From Bilabrum cf. latius (lineage: Eukaryota), in contig OZ237742.1 in assembly GCA_965178125.1 (NCBI GenBank), forward strand, positions 248,001 to 312,000: a DNA stretch of 64,000 nucleotides, written 5' to 3'. The translations under genes and the position numbers were made by a program. The notes below the pieces were generated by a model. That model ran no database searches. It was not told the origin of the DNA and saw nothing but the letters and a program-made list of their open reading frames with translations. Shown in pieces: positions 37,844 to 50,500 of the stretch; the stretch's first letter is position 1, and every line of letters starts with the position of its first letter.

Positions 37844-38364
37844 TATGCTCGCACTTTCAATAACCTGTGTAATGATTGTCATTCTGGGGCTGCCTTCTGC
37901 AGCGTACAAGCACGCCGTGCTGCGCAACCGCAATCGCGGCGAGGAGGCAGTCGCAAGCGAAAGACCGCCCATGGGCAACTGTGGGAGCTCACCGTGCGGA
38001 GGAGGGGCAAAAGTAGGGACTGACCAGTCTGGCTCCATGAGCGGAGGCAGCTTGGATGTCCCACAAGCTGGTACCCGAGCCGAAAGGCGGGGGTGCTGCC
38101 AGTGGCGGTGCCAAGAAACTGTCAACGCACGGCTCGAAGAAGGGCAAGACAGCAGGTGAAAGTCCCGGTCCTGCACAATCTGGTTCAAAATCAAGCAAGA
38201 AGCCGGAGCACATGCCGCAGATAACGCTGGGCCGTGAAACTGGCACCTGGTTCAACGTCCTGCTACCCAACAAACGGCCGCAGCAGGTGCTGGCTTCGGA
38301 TCTCACCCGTAAAGTGCGTAGCTCCGAGACGCCACCAAGTGATGACCTTGTTCGTAAGTCTTGA
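37844..38364 (+). pseudogene. Frameshifted, truncated copy of the secreted protein gene at 40001
   Basis: Shares the LPSAAYKHAVLRNRNRGEE... N-terminus. There is an extra base near 38072 (ggtacccgagccgaaa vs ggccccgggccgaaa). Homology continues in another frame and stops near 38305. Confidence 0.65.
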
Positions 38365-38483
38365 CTGGCGGTTCACCGCGTAGATTGCCAGAATGGACCC
38401 TGCGGCATGACTTGAGTTGGCCGACCCATTGGCTCCGCTGCTGCATGCCAGCAATGCTTGCCCCTAGTAAGCACCACCACGCC

Positions 38484-39854
38484 TCAGCTGATGGTGCAGC
38501 ACTGGCTTCCCCGCGACGAGTGCTCGCTTCTCCTCGGCAAGTCCTCGCACAACATCCACGGGTGATTCCTGATCTCCTCCAATACCTCCAACGCACTCCC
38601 TTCTGCCACCTCCCAGCAGCCCCTGCCCCCCGGGTCGCGACTCTTCATGTACCTGTCGGCACCCCGCACCCCTCGCGCCAGCACCCACACGCACTTCCCG
38701 TGCCCTCCAACGCAAGCAGCCGTGAGTGCGTTGAAGGTGCTGTCGAGAGCAGCGCCCGCACGCCCATCAGTGCTCGTGTCACCTACCTGCACCTGCTTGC
38801 ATGCGGCGGGGGTGCCTGCTCGAGTGTGGCCGCCTGCGAGCCTTCCCAGCACCAGCCGCTTCGCCAGCTCGAGCGGCCGGCCTTCGGATGCAGCTTGGAA
38901 TACCATGCCGCTGTCGCGCCTTGCGTCTGCCGCTCGCCTGAAGTGCACCAGGTGTCGCATCCGCTTGCGATAGGGGTTGTAGTACTGGATGCCGACGAGC
39001 TAGCTGGCCTTGGCCAGGCGGAAGATGGCTAGCAGCCATTGCTGTGGGGTGCATCTCATTTCAACCAGGTGGTCATATGCCCTAATACCTTCCGCAAAAA
39101 TGCTGTTCAGTTCCGTTGTGTTATACTCTAGCGCCCTATACCGCCGGGGCATGTTGCTCAGGTTCGGGCCTGCATGCAATAACGGCACTACGTACCTCCA
39201 GTTCAAGTCTACGTCCATGGAGTTGAATATGACCCGATGTACTATTTCTGGCTGCGATTGTAAGACCGTATGCTGCTTGGTTTGGCTATTAAACAAGCAG
39301 CAAGTGCAACATGCATGGGGGTCCGAATGATGAACCCTCACATTGTGAATTAAGCTTTGCCGCTACCCTACACTTGAAAACAATAGTATCTCAAATGCTA
39401 AAGGGCTGCCTCGGAGCATTGGGCATGCATCCAACAGCGTACAGAATCCCCCTGACTGCGAAGCCATCGAAACGAAGGAATTATTTGAAGTAGTACGTCT
39501 AGCAGTACCTGGCTACGAAGAGTCGATCGTCATGAGTGCATACAGACAGCGATGCCGTACCTTCGGAGCCTGCATTGTTCTGTTGAAGTCTACACCGACC
39601 ATTCCTGCCTCGATAAGCGCCAGCAGGCAACTCTAATTAAAGAGCCGGAACGGCACTGGAGCGTTCATGACCGAACCCTAGATGTACAAGCCGAAGAATT
39701 TAGCCAGACAGTGTACTTTGTTTACATCCACTGCTTCTTCGAAGCCGCTGCTAAACATTCGCTTGTACACAGGATACTAGCAGACCTCTGAAATAGCCTG
39801 GTCGGAAGCCTCATCCCATGAGAAGACGATCTCCTACATAATTCTACCGGACAT
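38484..39854 (-). CDS. Orphan ankyrin-like protein, copy 2; introns 39456-39560 and 39252-39341; several in-frame TAG
   Basis: Paralog of 36317..37735 with conserved splice sites. Start uncertain. Ends TGA. Confidence 0.55.
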
Positions 39855-40000
39855 CAGCGCAGCGACAGCTTGCAAGAGCCAACAACGATGCTACGACACA
39901 ATAAAAGTTGCGACCTCTTGTCTCCCCTGTTGCTCATCATCGTCACGGCCTTGACTACATCCATTTCGCAGCACCTGACACGGCCTGTATAAAGCAGCAT

Positions 40001-41781
40001 ATGCGCACTGCATTCATATTGCTAGCATGCATTGCCCTCATGGCGCTGCCTTCTGCAGCGTACAAGCACGCCGTGCTGCGCAACCGCAATCGCGGCGAGG
40101 AGGCAGTCGCAAGCGAAAGACCGCCCATGGGCAACTGTGGGAGCTCACCGTGCGGAGCAGGGGCAAAAGTAGGGACTGAACAGTATGGCTCTATGAGCGG
40201 AGGCAGCTTGGATGTACCACAAGCTGGCCCCGGGCCGAAAGAAGACAGTGATGGTGCTGCCGCTGCCAGTGGTGGTGCCACGAAACTGTCAACGCATGGC
40301 TCAAAGAAGGCGAAGTCAGCGGATGAAATTGAGGGCCAGGCAACATCAGATTCCAAAACAAGCACTGAGTCGCTGCCACCCCCGCGGGTGACGCTTGATC
40401 GACAAACTGGCACAAGATTCGATGTGCTGCTGCCCAGACAAGCGCCGCAGCAGGTGCTAGCTTCAGATCTCGCGACAATACTGCGTGAAAACAGGATGTT
40501 GATGAACACTAAAGCAATTCGTAAGAAATTGCATGCAAAACCCCGTAATAAAGCTCTTCTGAAGCGATACACGGAGATCTAACCTGAGCCCATCGAAGCC
40601 CTCAATCATGCGACGCAGTCGATCCTACCTCTGCCGCATGCGTGGGCTTGCAAGAGTTCATCATTAGCGTCGAGATAGAAGGCGCAATGCCTCCCGGCGG
40701 GCAACCCTACAGTCTTTTCCAGTCCCCACTTGAAGAAGAATTGGAGACGCTCCGTGATGCAAGCGTGATCGCAACGCATCTTGCGAAGCAGCACACAGCG
40801 TTCGCCGCGTTAAATAAGAGAGTAAATGCTCTCTTGGGTGCTTCAGGTCTGGGTGGACTGGAAGTGTTCGGGAGTGCTCTTGCTGAAGCTCGCGAAGACG
40901 AATCCTTCGTCGCCGGCCTCCTGACCCGGTCTCTCGGCCCCCCTTTTGACCCTGATCAGCCCGCAGATCAGCAGCTCCTAGACAACTTGATGCAAATTGT
41001 GCGCAAGCTTCGCCATGATCTCTGGATGAGTCGAAATTCACCAGCAGGAGACGTTGGCGACCAGCCTGCCACTCGGCACCTGCAGGTCCTAGCAACGCTT
41101 GCCGTGGACGACTTGGAGCATGCCGCCAACGCATGGTAGCATTGGCCTATCACTGATGATACAAGCAGGGGCGATGCGGATACAAGCGATGGTGTGGCGG
41201 CTATGAGCGGCTCGGGCAATTCGCTGGGACTCCGAATCAGCCGGGAGTCCGAAGCAGAATCGTCAGGCGAGCACAGCGAGCCTCAAACTCACCTCAATGG
41301 TGAGGATGTCCCCGCTGGTGCCCAATCGGGTCCTTCAAAGAAAGGTCGCAGGCAGGGCGACCTTGGAGACGGCGTTCTAGCCACCACCGGGTCTGGCTCG
41401 TCGGGATCGTCAGGGTCGCTAGGATCTGGATCGGGATTCTCGTCCGGCTCGTCCAGTGAAGGCGATGGGTCTTCCCAAGAGGCCACCTCGGAGGACCAGG
41501 GCCAGCCCCCGGAGCCGATGGACGGCAAGGACCAGGGCCAGCCCCCGGAGCCGATGGACGGCAAGGACCAGGGCCAGCCCCCGGAGCCGATGGACGGCAA
41601 GGACCAGGGCCAGCCCCCGGAGCCGATGGACGGCAAGGGTGGGCCTCTCGAAGGAGCCGCTGGGGTTGCAGGTGACGGGACACTGGCGGGGACCGACAAG
41701 CATGAGAAGGAGAAGAAGAAGGCCGGGGCCGGGACAGAGAGCTCTAAAGGCGGTGGGGGAGGGAAAGGTGGAGAGACCTGA
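40001..41781 (+). CDS. Putative secreted orphan protein with a C-terminal 12-aa repeat; intron 40521-40618; TAG at 41137
   Basis: Signal peptide MRTAFILLACIALMALPSAA. A GTAAGA..CTAAC..GCAG intron joins the frames. Ends TGA. Confidence 0.65.
41494..41637 (+). repeat. 36-bp perfect tandem repeat x4 (DQGQPPEPMDGK)
   Basis: gaccagggccagcccccggagccgatggacggcaag occurs four times. Confidence 0.97.
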
Positions 41782-42187
41782 CATGGCTACTGCAGCTCGG
41801 CCTGATGCATACCTGGCCTTCCGATGGGTAACGCGCCCGTATGATCGCTAGCATCAAGCTGCCATCCGACTTGCTTTGCTTTGGAACTGTGCTATGATTC
41901 GAGATGTGCCGGACACTGCTGTTGTGCCTTTCCTGACTGAGGGCACGTGACAAGAGGCGAGCTCACGAGGCGAAGCGGCCCAAGAAGCAGTAGGGCTCTA
42001 GTCACTTCCGCGAATCCGGTGGACGGCGGTTGGGCTCTGCAGGTCCGGCGCACTCCATACTTGCTTCGCTGCTGCTCGTACTAGTAAAGTTCAATCATGC
42101 ACATCACCCCACCAGCACGACACACGCATTAACCACTCAAAGAGAGCGCCTTCTGCCCCCTCTACATGCCCTAGACACACCGCGACC

Positions 42188-44317
42188 TCAAGAGGTAGAC
42201 GCCCCCTCCCTGCAGAGTCCCCTGCGCCACCACAGAATACCCACTGCAACCGCGGCCCCAACGAACCCAGCAGCCGCAGTCAGCACCGTGGCTTCCACGC
42301 ACTCAGTACCCTCGCACCCGTCATGCGATCCCTCTGCTCCGCCCCCTGTTCCCTGCAGCCTCGACACGATGCTCGTGTTGGCCGCCAGCATGCCGTTGAA
42401 CCCCACGCTACCCGCTGCGATCGCCAAATTGACCAGCGTGAACAGGAAGCTGTACCCATACGTCTCCCCGGAGCAAGCATTGCAACAGCTCGATGAGACA
42501 ATAACGCGAGACTCAGGATGCTGATCGGTTGCGCCGATCCCCTGGTGCGACACCTGGGTGCCATGCGCTCTGCGCTCCGTGATAGCGCGGTGCATGGGTC
42601 CATGCACACTCCCCTGGCCTTGCGGGCTAGCATGCGCGGCATCGCTGCCAGTGGGACGGCGGCGCTCCGCATCTGCGCGCGGACTATTCTCGTGCATCGA
42701 ATCGACCGGGCTAGGTGTCTCACCCGGCACCCCTTCCGCGGCAATACTATCGTGATCTATAGGCTGACTGCTCCCATTGATGACAGCGTCAGCATCGTGC
42801 CCTGCTAGAGCATGCCTAGCCCGTGGCTCCATGAACCGGCGGCCCACGGTGCCGTCCACCACCCAGACCCGCAGCAGGACCGTCCACGAGGCGAAGAAGC
42901 AGCCCTCGCAGAACCCGACCAGGAGGGTACCCAGGAAGAGCACCCGCACTGGCAGCAGGAGCAGCAGCAGCATTCCCATTCCACCCAGCGGGGCGGCTCC
43001 GAGCATGACGCAGTACCTGGCTGTCTCCATGCTCATCAAGCGAGCCCACGGTCCCGGCACGGCGCAGCATCCAGCCCCGCCTCTCGCGGTCCCAGCCTCG
43101 CCACTACTAGCATACCGCGCCCTCTCACCGACACCAGCCAGGCAGTCGCCCAACACCCCAGCGATGATTCGACCCGCCGTATTACCTAACGAGAACGCCA
43201 GCACCGCGGCCTCGATGGCCACGGTGAGTGTCCTGCTGTCCTTGCTCTGCCCTCCCTCTCTCTCGACCGAATCGTCGCTCTAGCTGCCCTGGGAATGAAA
43301 TCGCGCTTGTGCAATACTTGAGATGCCATTGACTACCACGAACGCTGACCCGATCCCGAGAAAGACCACGAGCCACAGAGCAACCAACCAGCAGTTGCAC
43401 GGCCCCCGCTGGCACCCGGCGTGAGATGGGCGCAGTTCTGCCGCAGGCAAGGCCCGTCGATCTTCTGCAAGAGCAACGACTGCAGGTATTAGTTGATGGC
43501 TCTCGTGGCCTTCGTCCTCAGCGCGCTACGGAGGCACTGCCACTGCCACTCCTCTCTACATGCTGCCGGTGCTTGCTCCACCACTGGAAGGCTCCGCGAT
43601 CCTTGCAGTCGAATCAGGTTCTGGGGCACTCGCCTATGCTGAGCTCCTATGCGCCGGCACCAATTGCTGCAATTCTATGTCATTGGGAGCATCATCGGCC
43701 GTGCGACTCCTGTCACATTCAGCAGCCGAGGTACCGAGAGGAGCAGCAACCGGCAGAGCGCCCTGCTGCATGATCGCAACCAGACCCAACCCGCTGATCA
43801 AACTGATAACACCCATGATAACACCAAATTGCTTAACGCTTCCAGCGACAAGCTCCAATATGCCAGTCGCTACGGCGCCTGCCACCCCAATCGAAGCCAG
43901 CAAGGCTCCAGTCAAGGTGCCCCGGACGTACGGGCTGTACTGAGATTCGTAGAACGCTGATATCGACAAAAATCCCGTGACTGCCGACTGACCCAGAAAG
44001 AATTCACAGAAAAGCAAGTAAAAATCTTCGCCTTGAGGCCGAAAATGGACAACGGCGGCTAGGCCAAAATACGCGAACGACACGCAAAGAACGGCATACA
44101 GCTATCCAACTGCAAAACCAGCCTTATCTACTAGCACGCCATTACAAATTGCAGCATACGAGCCCACAGACGCCAGTGCACCAACTATGGGCAACGGAAT
44201 CGAAGATCCGAAGCCTTGCTCGGACAATTGTCGCGCCACTGCAGCGTATGCATACACTGCTCCGACACACACACCGAATACTAGGCTTAGTAGTATAATG
44301 ATAAATTTATTATACAT
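42188..44317 (-). CDS. MFS transporter, nodulin-like/Mch1 type (~709 aa); 5 in-frame TAG
   Basis: About 12 TM segments in two bundles. Motifs GAVYAY, G.LVDKAG, RGTLTG, NTAGRIIAGVLGD. One frame throughout. Ends TGA. Confidence 0.75.
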
Positions 44318-44537
44318 ATTTGAAGGGTGATAATTGCTATCGTTCACTATAAAGCATGCAGCACAGGCAAAAATGATGTCATGAGAAAGAGAACAAATGA
44401 AATCCGAACAGCCAGCGAGGATGGTGGAGCAAGATCCTGGAGCAAGATGCCACATCATGTGAACCGACCTAACCACGAAAGTGCGTGGTAAGTACTGCAC
44501 AATCAACAGGCTTGCCTACTTAGCGACATGGCTCTTG

Positions 44538-47500
44538 TCATACTGAGCCATTCTCATCCGAAACATCCAGGCGCCGGCCAGCGGTGGTGGAACCCCCAGC
44601 CCCCCAGACCGGCGAGGCCCGAGACCACCGTCTCTCTTTGCTGGCCGCGACGGCAGCCATCAGCCTCTGTGAAGCAGCAGATGCTCGCATGCCCGCGAAA
44701 GTAGTGCGGCGCGAGCTCATCCTGAGACTGCGTCCCACTGGTCCCACCATAGCGGAGCCTTCAGGGCCTCCCGAGTCTGCTGCTCGCATTGCTCGCTTCG
44801 AAACGGCAGGCAGCTCGAGGTTGTTGGGCCGGCTCCCTGGCGACTTGGATGCCTGCAGCTTACCCTCGCTGGCACCCATGCGCACTATGCCCCCCTTTCC
44901 ACTCCCACTCCCACTCCCGTCCTGCGGGCCCACGTCCAGCAGGCTGACCCTCGGTGCCGTGGTCTTCAGCCGCGACATCCTCCTGATGGCCGGCGAGTCC
45001 ATCCCGTCGGTTGCGGCCTTGGACTCGCGCTCGTGCTCCGGGCCCTCGTGCCCGTCGTCTGATGGGCACAGCCAAGCGAGCATCGCCCTTACGCGATGGA
45101 TCAGCAGCACCAGGGCGATCCCCACCAGACAGAACGAGTTGGTCAGAAGCAGGATCGATGTAGCGGCCTCCTTGCCCTCTCGATCCACGCTGGGCGAGAT
45201 CAAGAACAGACCGCAGTAGAAAGTCACGAACTGCGTGCACAGGCAGCCCAGCTCCAGAAGATTGAGCGCCCTGGCGCGGTACGGCCACGCCCTGGTGTGC
45301 ACGATGGCAGACACAAAGACCAGCAGCAGAGCGCAGTATGCCTGCACGTCGATGCCCCTTGGCCGCATAAAAACGGCGATCACCGCGATCCCCACCTTCC
45401 GAACGGCCACCACACTCTCCCAATAGTTGTACTTGGGACGGAATCCAGCATAGAGGAAGTAGAACCGCCTGCCAAAGGCTGCATTGCGAAACAAAGACTC
45501 GCGGTAGGCGTACAGGAAGACACCGACGGCGATCGGCACGCCGAGCGAATAGAGGATAAAGTAGGGCAGCCCAACAGCGAAGCGGAACCAACGAGCTGTT
45601 GGGCTACCACAGCTGACGGCCATGTCGTGCAGCAGCACCTGCCGCGCCTCTGCCTAATCCACGGTCTGCACTGTCCCGCCGCTCCCATTGCCGTCCTCGC
45701 TGCCGCCTACCTCGATGCATGTGAACAGCAGCAGGGCTGCTTGCGATACGGTGGCGTGCAGCAGGAAACCAATGACTAGAGCAGACACCATCGTGCGATC
45801 AAGGGCGTGCGTCCACGATGCAGACTTCTTGAACTGTGTTTGCGCCAGGTTGACCAGCTCGGCAATCTCGACCTCGCCCATCCCAGCCCTCTTGGCCAGC
45901 TGCAAGATGGTCTGCTCCACGCTGCTGGTGCCCTGCTAGATATCATCTGCTTCCGTTTGCACCGCAACACCATCGTTCCCAGCGTCGTCCAAGGACAGAT
46001 CCCCGCTGCGAGACTTCGCGAGCATGCTCGGCCTCCGCGCCAGCACCTGCCTGCCAGTTCTTGATGGAGTCGAGGAGGAGGAAGCGTCACCCGAGCCGGG
46101 AGACTAAGAGTTGCTACCCTGCCTGTCGCCCTGCCAGCGCCCCTGTGCCAGTCGCTCTGCAGTTTCACTGGCCAATTGCATCACAGTTTCCATAGAGATG
46201 GCTCCCTCTGGCCTCGACTCGTCAGTTCGCACTCGACTGGGTCGCTTCGGCGGTGGGCGCACCTTGCGCCTGTCTTTACGGCTCTTGATAGCGGCATGTA
46301 GCGGGTTGGATTCAACGGTGACGTGCTGGAGATCAATGGCATCGCGCTGCAGCCGGCTGGCAGCGGTCATGTTCACGGATGCCTCAGCCACAGTTTTGGT
46401 CGCATCAGCGGTGCACATGTTGATGAAGGCATACCTGCCTACCCAAAAGCAAGATATCAGCAGGACCAGCACGAACGGCGCAAGAAGCACAGCCGATGAG
46501 GTCAGGAAGAACGTACGTTGCCCGTCTTCACCTCCGCTCTGCGGGATAAGGCAGTCAATGCTAACGATGTTCGGGGACACCGAGCTCGCGGTGTCCACGA
46601 AATCGAAGTATCGCACGATCGAGTCGGGCCACGCAAGCTCGAACGAGGCGGCAAGGGCGACTGTTTGCAGGTGGGAAAATGCGATCTTCACGACCATAAT
46701 TTCTACCTTATTCTGAGATGACTTGCCAGAAGTAAGGGTCCCCCGAATCACGATCCCGATGGCTGCCAAGATCACCACAGCCACGACGCATGCAAGCACG
46801 ATGATGAACTCGCGGCTAGCGCATTGGCGGCACAGGTAAGTGCCGCTCCTAGCCCAGCCGAGCTGACACTCGGTGCACAGGACCCCAGTGTGCCCTTCAA
46901 TGCAGCCCTCTTCCACCACCAGGTTGTTCAGCACAGTGTCTGAGGTAAGACCTTGAGACGAACCCGGCTGCATTGCAAGCTGCAGCTCCTGCCGAATGCG
47001 CCCAGCCACCTCTACCGAGGTGTGGTTCTCTGCATCGAGGAGCACAGTGCGCACGAGACCAGACTCCGTGTAGTTGCCCGGCCTGCCCTGGTACTTGGCC
47101 AAGTACTGCCGGGCCTGGACCAGCTCGGCCAGTTCCGCCGCTTGTTGCAGCAGCTGTCTCTGGTATCCACCAGCGTCGTGCCGCAGCGCCGGCTCCGTGA
47201 CACTGTCGCCCTGCAGCAGCCGCCGCATGAAAGTGGCAGATGCATTCGACGATCTTTGCTCCGAATCGGTAGAGTCCAAATCGATCCCGCGGCACACTGA
47301 ACTCTCAGGGCAAGGCTCGAACAGGAGCCCGTGCACAGACCAGGGTACGCGCCAGAAGCCCGACGAAGCTGTCACATTAGGACTAGGCAACCCTTGGCAG
47401 AAGGCGCCGGCTGGACAAGGCAGGCAAACGACTTGCTCCGGATTAGTCAGCAGCAGGTGCGTGGCTAGGAACTCGCCCTGGCTGCACGTCTGGTACACGA

Positions 47501-50500
47501 TGCCGCTCGGCTGAGACCTTGGCCCTTCGCCGGCGTCGTTCAAGGCAGCCACCTAGAATATGTACGGGCGCTCCGAGAATCCGGGCACTTCGATTGTGTA
47601 CTTGATCACGCCCTCTGCCCCGATGTCAGTCCGGTCAGGGCGCTGCTTGTCGAACCTCTGGAAGCGCTCCTGCCCTGCTGGGATAGGCATGCCCTGGAGG
47701 TCGACGCCTGGCGGTGAAAACATTGCATCTGTCGGTACCCGAAGCCGGGCCAGATCACCCTATTCTGACGGGTTGCTGGCTGTAAAGTTTGTGGGGGTGC
47801 TGCTGTTCGAACCGTCGATGGCGAGGTCATAGTAGCCAAGCGCCAGCAGCACCTCAGGAGTCACCTCGTAGAAGTACACGAGGAACTCGTTGGCTTCCTG
47901 AAAGAACCTCTTGTCTCTTTTCAGCGTGTAATCCGTGTCGGAATAGAGCCATGAGAGGCGGATGAGACTCGGGGCAGTCTAGTCGCGCTCACCCACCACG
48001 GCAAATGCTCCGTTGAAGGGCTCGTCCGATGCAGATGCGTAGCCAAACAGCTCGTTCTATTCGTTGCGCAGCCCGCCCCGAGTCGTCACCGCAACGTCTA
48101 GTTCAGTGAGCACAGAAACGTCAGTTGTGGCCTGCTCTGCGAGACTAGCAGCAATTGGCGGCACAGTACAGACGACTGCTGTAGGGCCCTGCCACTGCCT
48201 GTCGAGGCACTCCTGTCCCGCGATGCTTGCTCCCATCACATCCGATGGCTGGCTGCCGAATCCGCTGCCAAGGATGAGGATCGTCTGTCCTTCGCTGGCT
48301 GCGTTGGGAGATATGGTTCTGATCGTCGGGTTGCTGATCACCTCTGTGATTGCATCAAGACTGCCCGACTGGGATCGCTGGCCCTCTACGACCACAAGCG
48401 CCTCGGAGGCACCAGCTGGAAACCCAGCAGGAATCTCCGGGACAGTGCAGCGAACAGCAAAGGGGCTCAGCCATTGCACGTTGAGGCTGCAGCCCACCTC
48501 GCCGGGCTCTTCAGACGACGAGAGGCCACCAAGCAGAGTGATGCTGTCCAGGTGCTCGTGGCTACTGCCAAAGTCAGCGCCGTTGATCTCAAAGGTAGCA
48601 TTACGCTACCCTGCAAACACGTAGCGCGGTGTAATACTGCTGATGGTTGGTGCAAAATACGACCAGATATCTGCTTCAGACGAGTTGACGGTACGAAACA
48701 GGGCTTGCACCGGAATACCGCGCCCTGCCCCTGGCGGGAACCTCGCAACAATGACGTGGCTTGACGGCGATGAGACACCAGGCGGGGTGGGACGCAGCTG
48801 TGCATCGAGCACAAGCTGATCTCCAACGATGACACCCACTAGATCCGAACTGCTGGATGGAAAGTCGAAGCCGGAGACCGTGACTTCGGTGTAATTGGCT
48901 GTGCTGCCACGCAGCGGATCCACTGCGTCGACGACTGGAACCCCCAACCCTTCGAATACGTTTGTGAAGGTCACAGAGCTATTGGAGCTGTCAAAAATAT
49001 CAACTTCACCCCTTGTCGACCATGCGTCCACATCGTTCAACGTGCACAGATAAGCGGAGGAGTTCACGATAGACAGCCCGGAGCACGCATATCCCCCGAC
49101 GTACACCTTCCACAGCCTTGCACGCTCCGAGAGCAGGTTGGTCCCGATGATCACGACCGAGACTTGCTCTTGCCTGGGCAGGAGGACCCCCGGCTCCAAG
49201 CGAGTGACCTGCATGGGGTCATACTCGACATCTGCAGAATTACTGGTTTCGCCGTTTCGCAGCTCCACCGTGACCTGCTCCTGTACGGAGGTTGAAGGCC
49301 TCGGGGGGACAACAGCGATGAGCCGACCCGTGGATGCCCACTGCCAGCTCGGGCTCCTGCTTCCCCCGATCTCTACACTTACCACGTCCGCAGGTTTCGT
49401 GCCGAAGCTACCCAAGAGCTCGATCGAAAACCCACCAATGCTAGGCCTTCTATTGCCCTGCACCAAGACATTGCTAAGTGTGGGCTGGCGAAGAATCTGC
49501 AGCATGCTTCTCTGCACGCGCTGGCCCCCCACGACCAAGCGGACCAAATCAGAGTCAGGGGCTTGAAACCGCGAGCACTCGACTGCCTAGTGACTGAGGT
49601 ACGCCAGCTGCAGGCAGGGCCGCCCGCCGATCTCTAGCTCAAGACCATCGCTGTTCGGGCCAAAGTTTGTCCCATTTACCAGCAAAGAAGACTCGAATCC
49701 AGGCGCACCCGACAGGAAAGAACTGGGCGAAACTTCGGAGAGGCTTGGTGCCGCGTACGAGAAGTCGTCCCACTCGATGACGCGACCACCGCGAAGCAAT
49801 ATCGCCAAGGTCACGCCGTCGCCCACACCAGGAGGTGCTCTGCACATGATCGAAATCGGACGGCCTCGACCGGCAGGCGTGGCTACCATGTCTACGCATG
49901 GCTGCCTGCCAACCGTGACACTTTCAACGTCAGTGCTGCGCTCTCCGCAGCCGTCGCAAAGTATCAGCTAAAATGGCTCAGGATACACCATTGGGTCTGC
50001 ATTTGTCTAGTTTGAGTCAGCCTCCACTGATGTTGCGTTTGCATTGCTCTCGTTGGCCGTTGGCCGCGCCCTATCTTCCCGAATGGTGTACCAAGGCGGT
50101 GGCACGTCACCCGTGGTACCTGTCGTTCCCGGAGTTACGGCCGAGATGCTGGGAGAGCTGTAGTGCTGGAATACGGAAGCGCTCGCCTGCTGGCTTTGAA
50201 CTGTGACCTTCACCTCATTTCCAGACCACGTCAGCGCAGAGACATTACCACACTGCAGCATCGAGTTGCTCAGCCACATGACGCTGCCACAAACCCGACC
50301 GCCGACCGACACCTCATCCACATCGTCAGGAGACCACCCGAAACCAAACCCAGACACGAAGAAGCTCCGCATCCACGGCAAGTATGAACTCTCGTTCCCG
50401 ATCTGCTCGTATTTCATGTCGTAGTTGGGGCTGATCGTATCCACTATTGGGTCATTGTAAGCGAACAGAGAATTCTGAACGGACGAGAATCCAAACGCGT

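Larger units (their letters stand above)
36316..40470. repeat. Direct tandem duplication with a period of about 2.16 kb
   Basis: 36316-36890 matches 38483-39057 nearly exactly (offset 2167). 37888-38305 matches 40044-40470 (offset about 2156). Diverged matches lie between them. Confidence 0.9.

Noticed and set aside
36316-40470. Transposon or LTR element explaining the direct repeats
   Set aside because: No transposase, RT or integrase motifs, TIRs or TSDs were seen, and the repeated units are intron-containing genes.
40580-40582. TAA as the terminator of ORF 39908..40582
   Set aside because: It is part of the CTAAC branch-like motif inside the inferred intron 40521-40618.
41494-41637. CRISPR-like array (36-bp repeats)
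   Set aside because: There are no spacers. It is a contiguous in-frame coding minisatellite in a eukaryotic gene. The same applies to 20998-21116.
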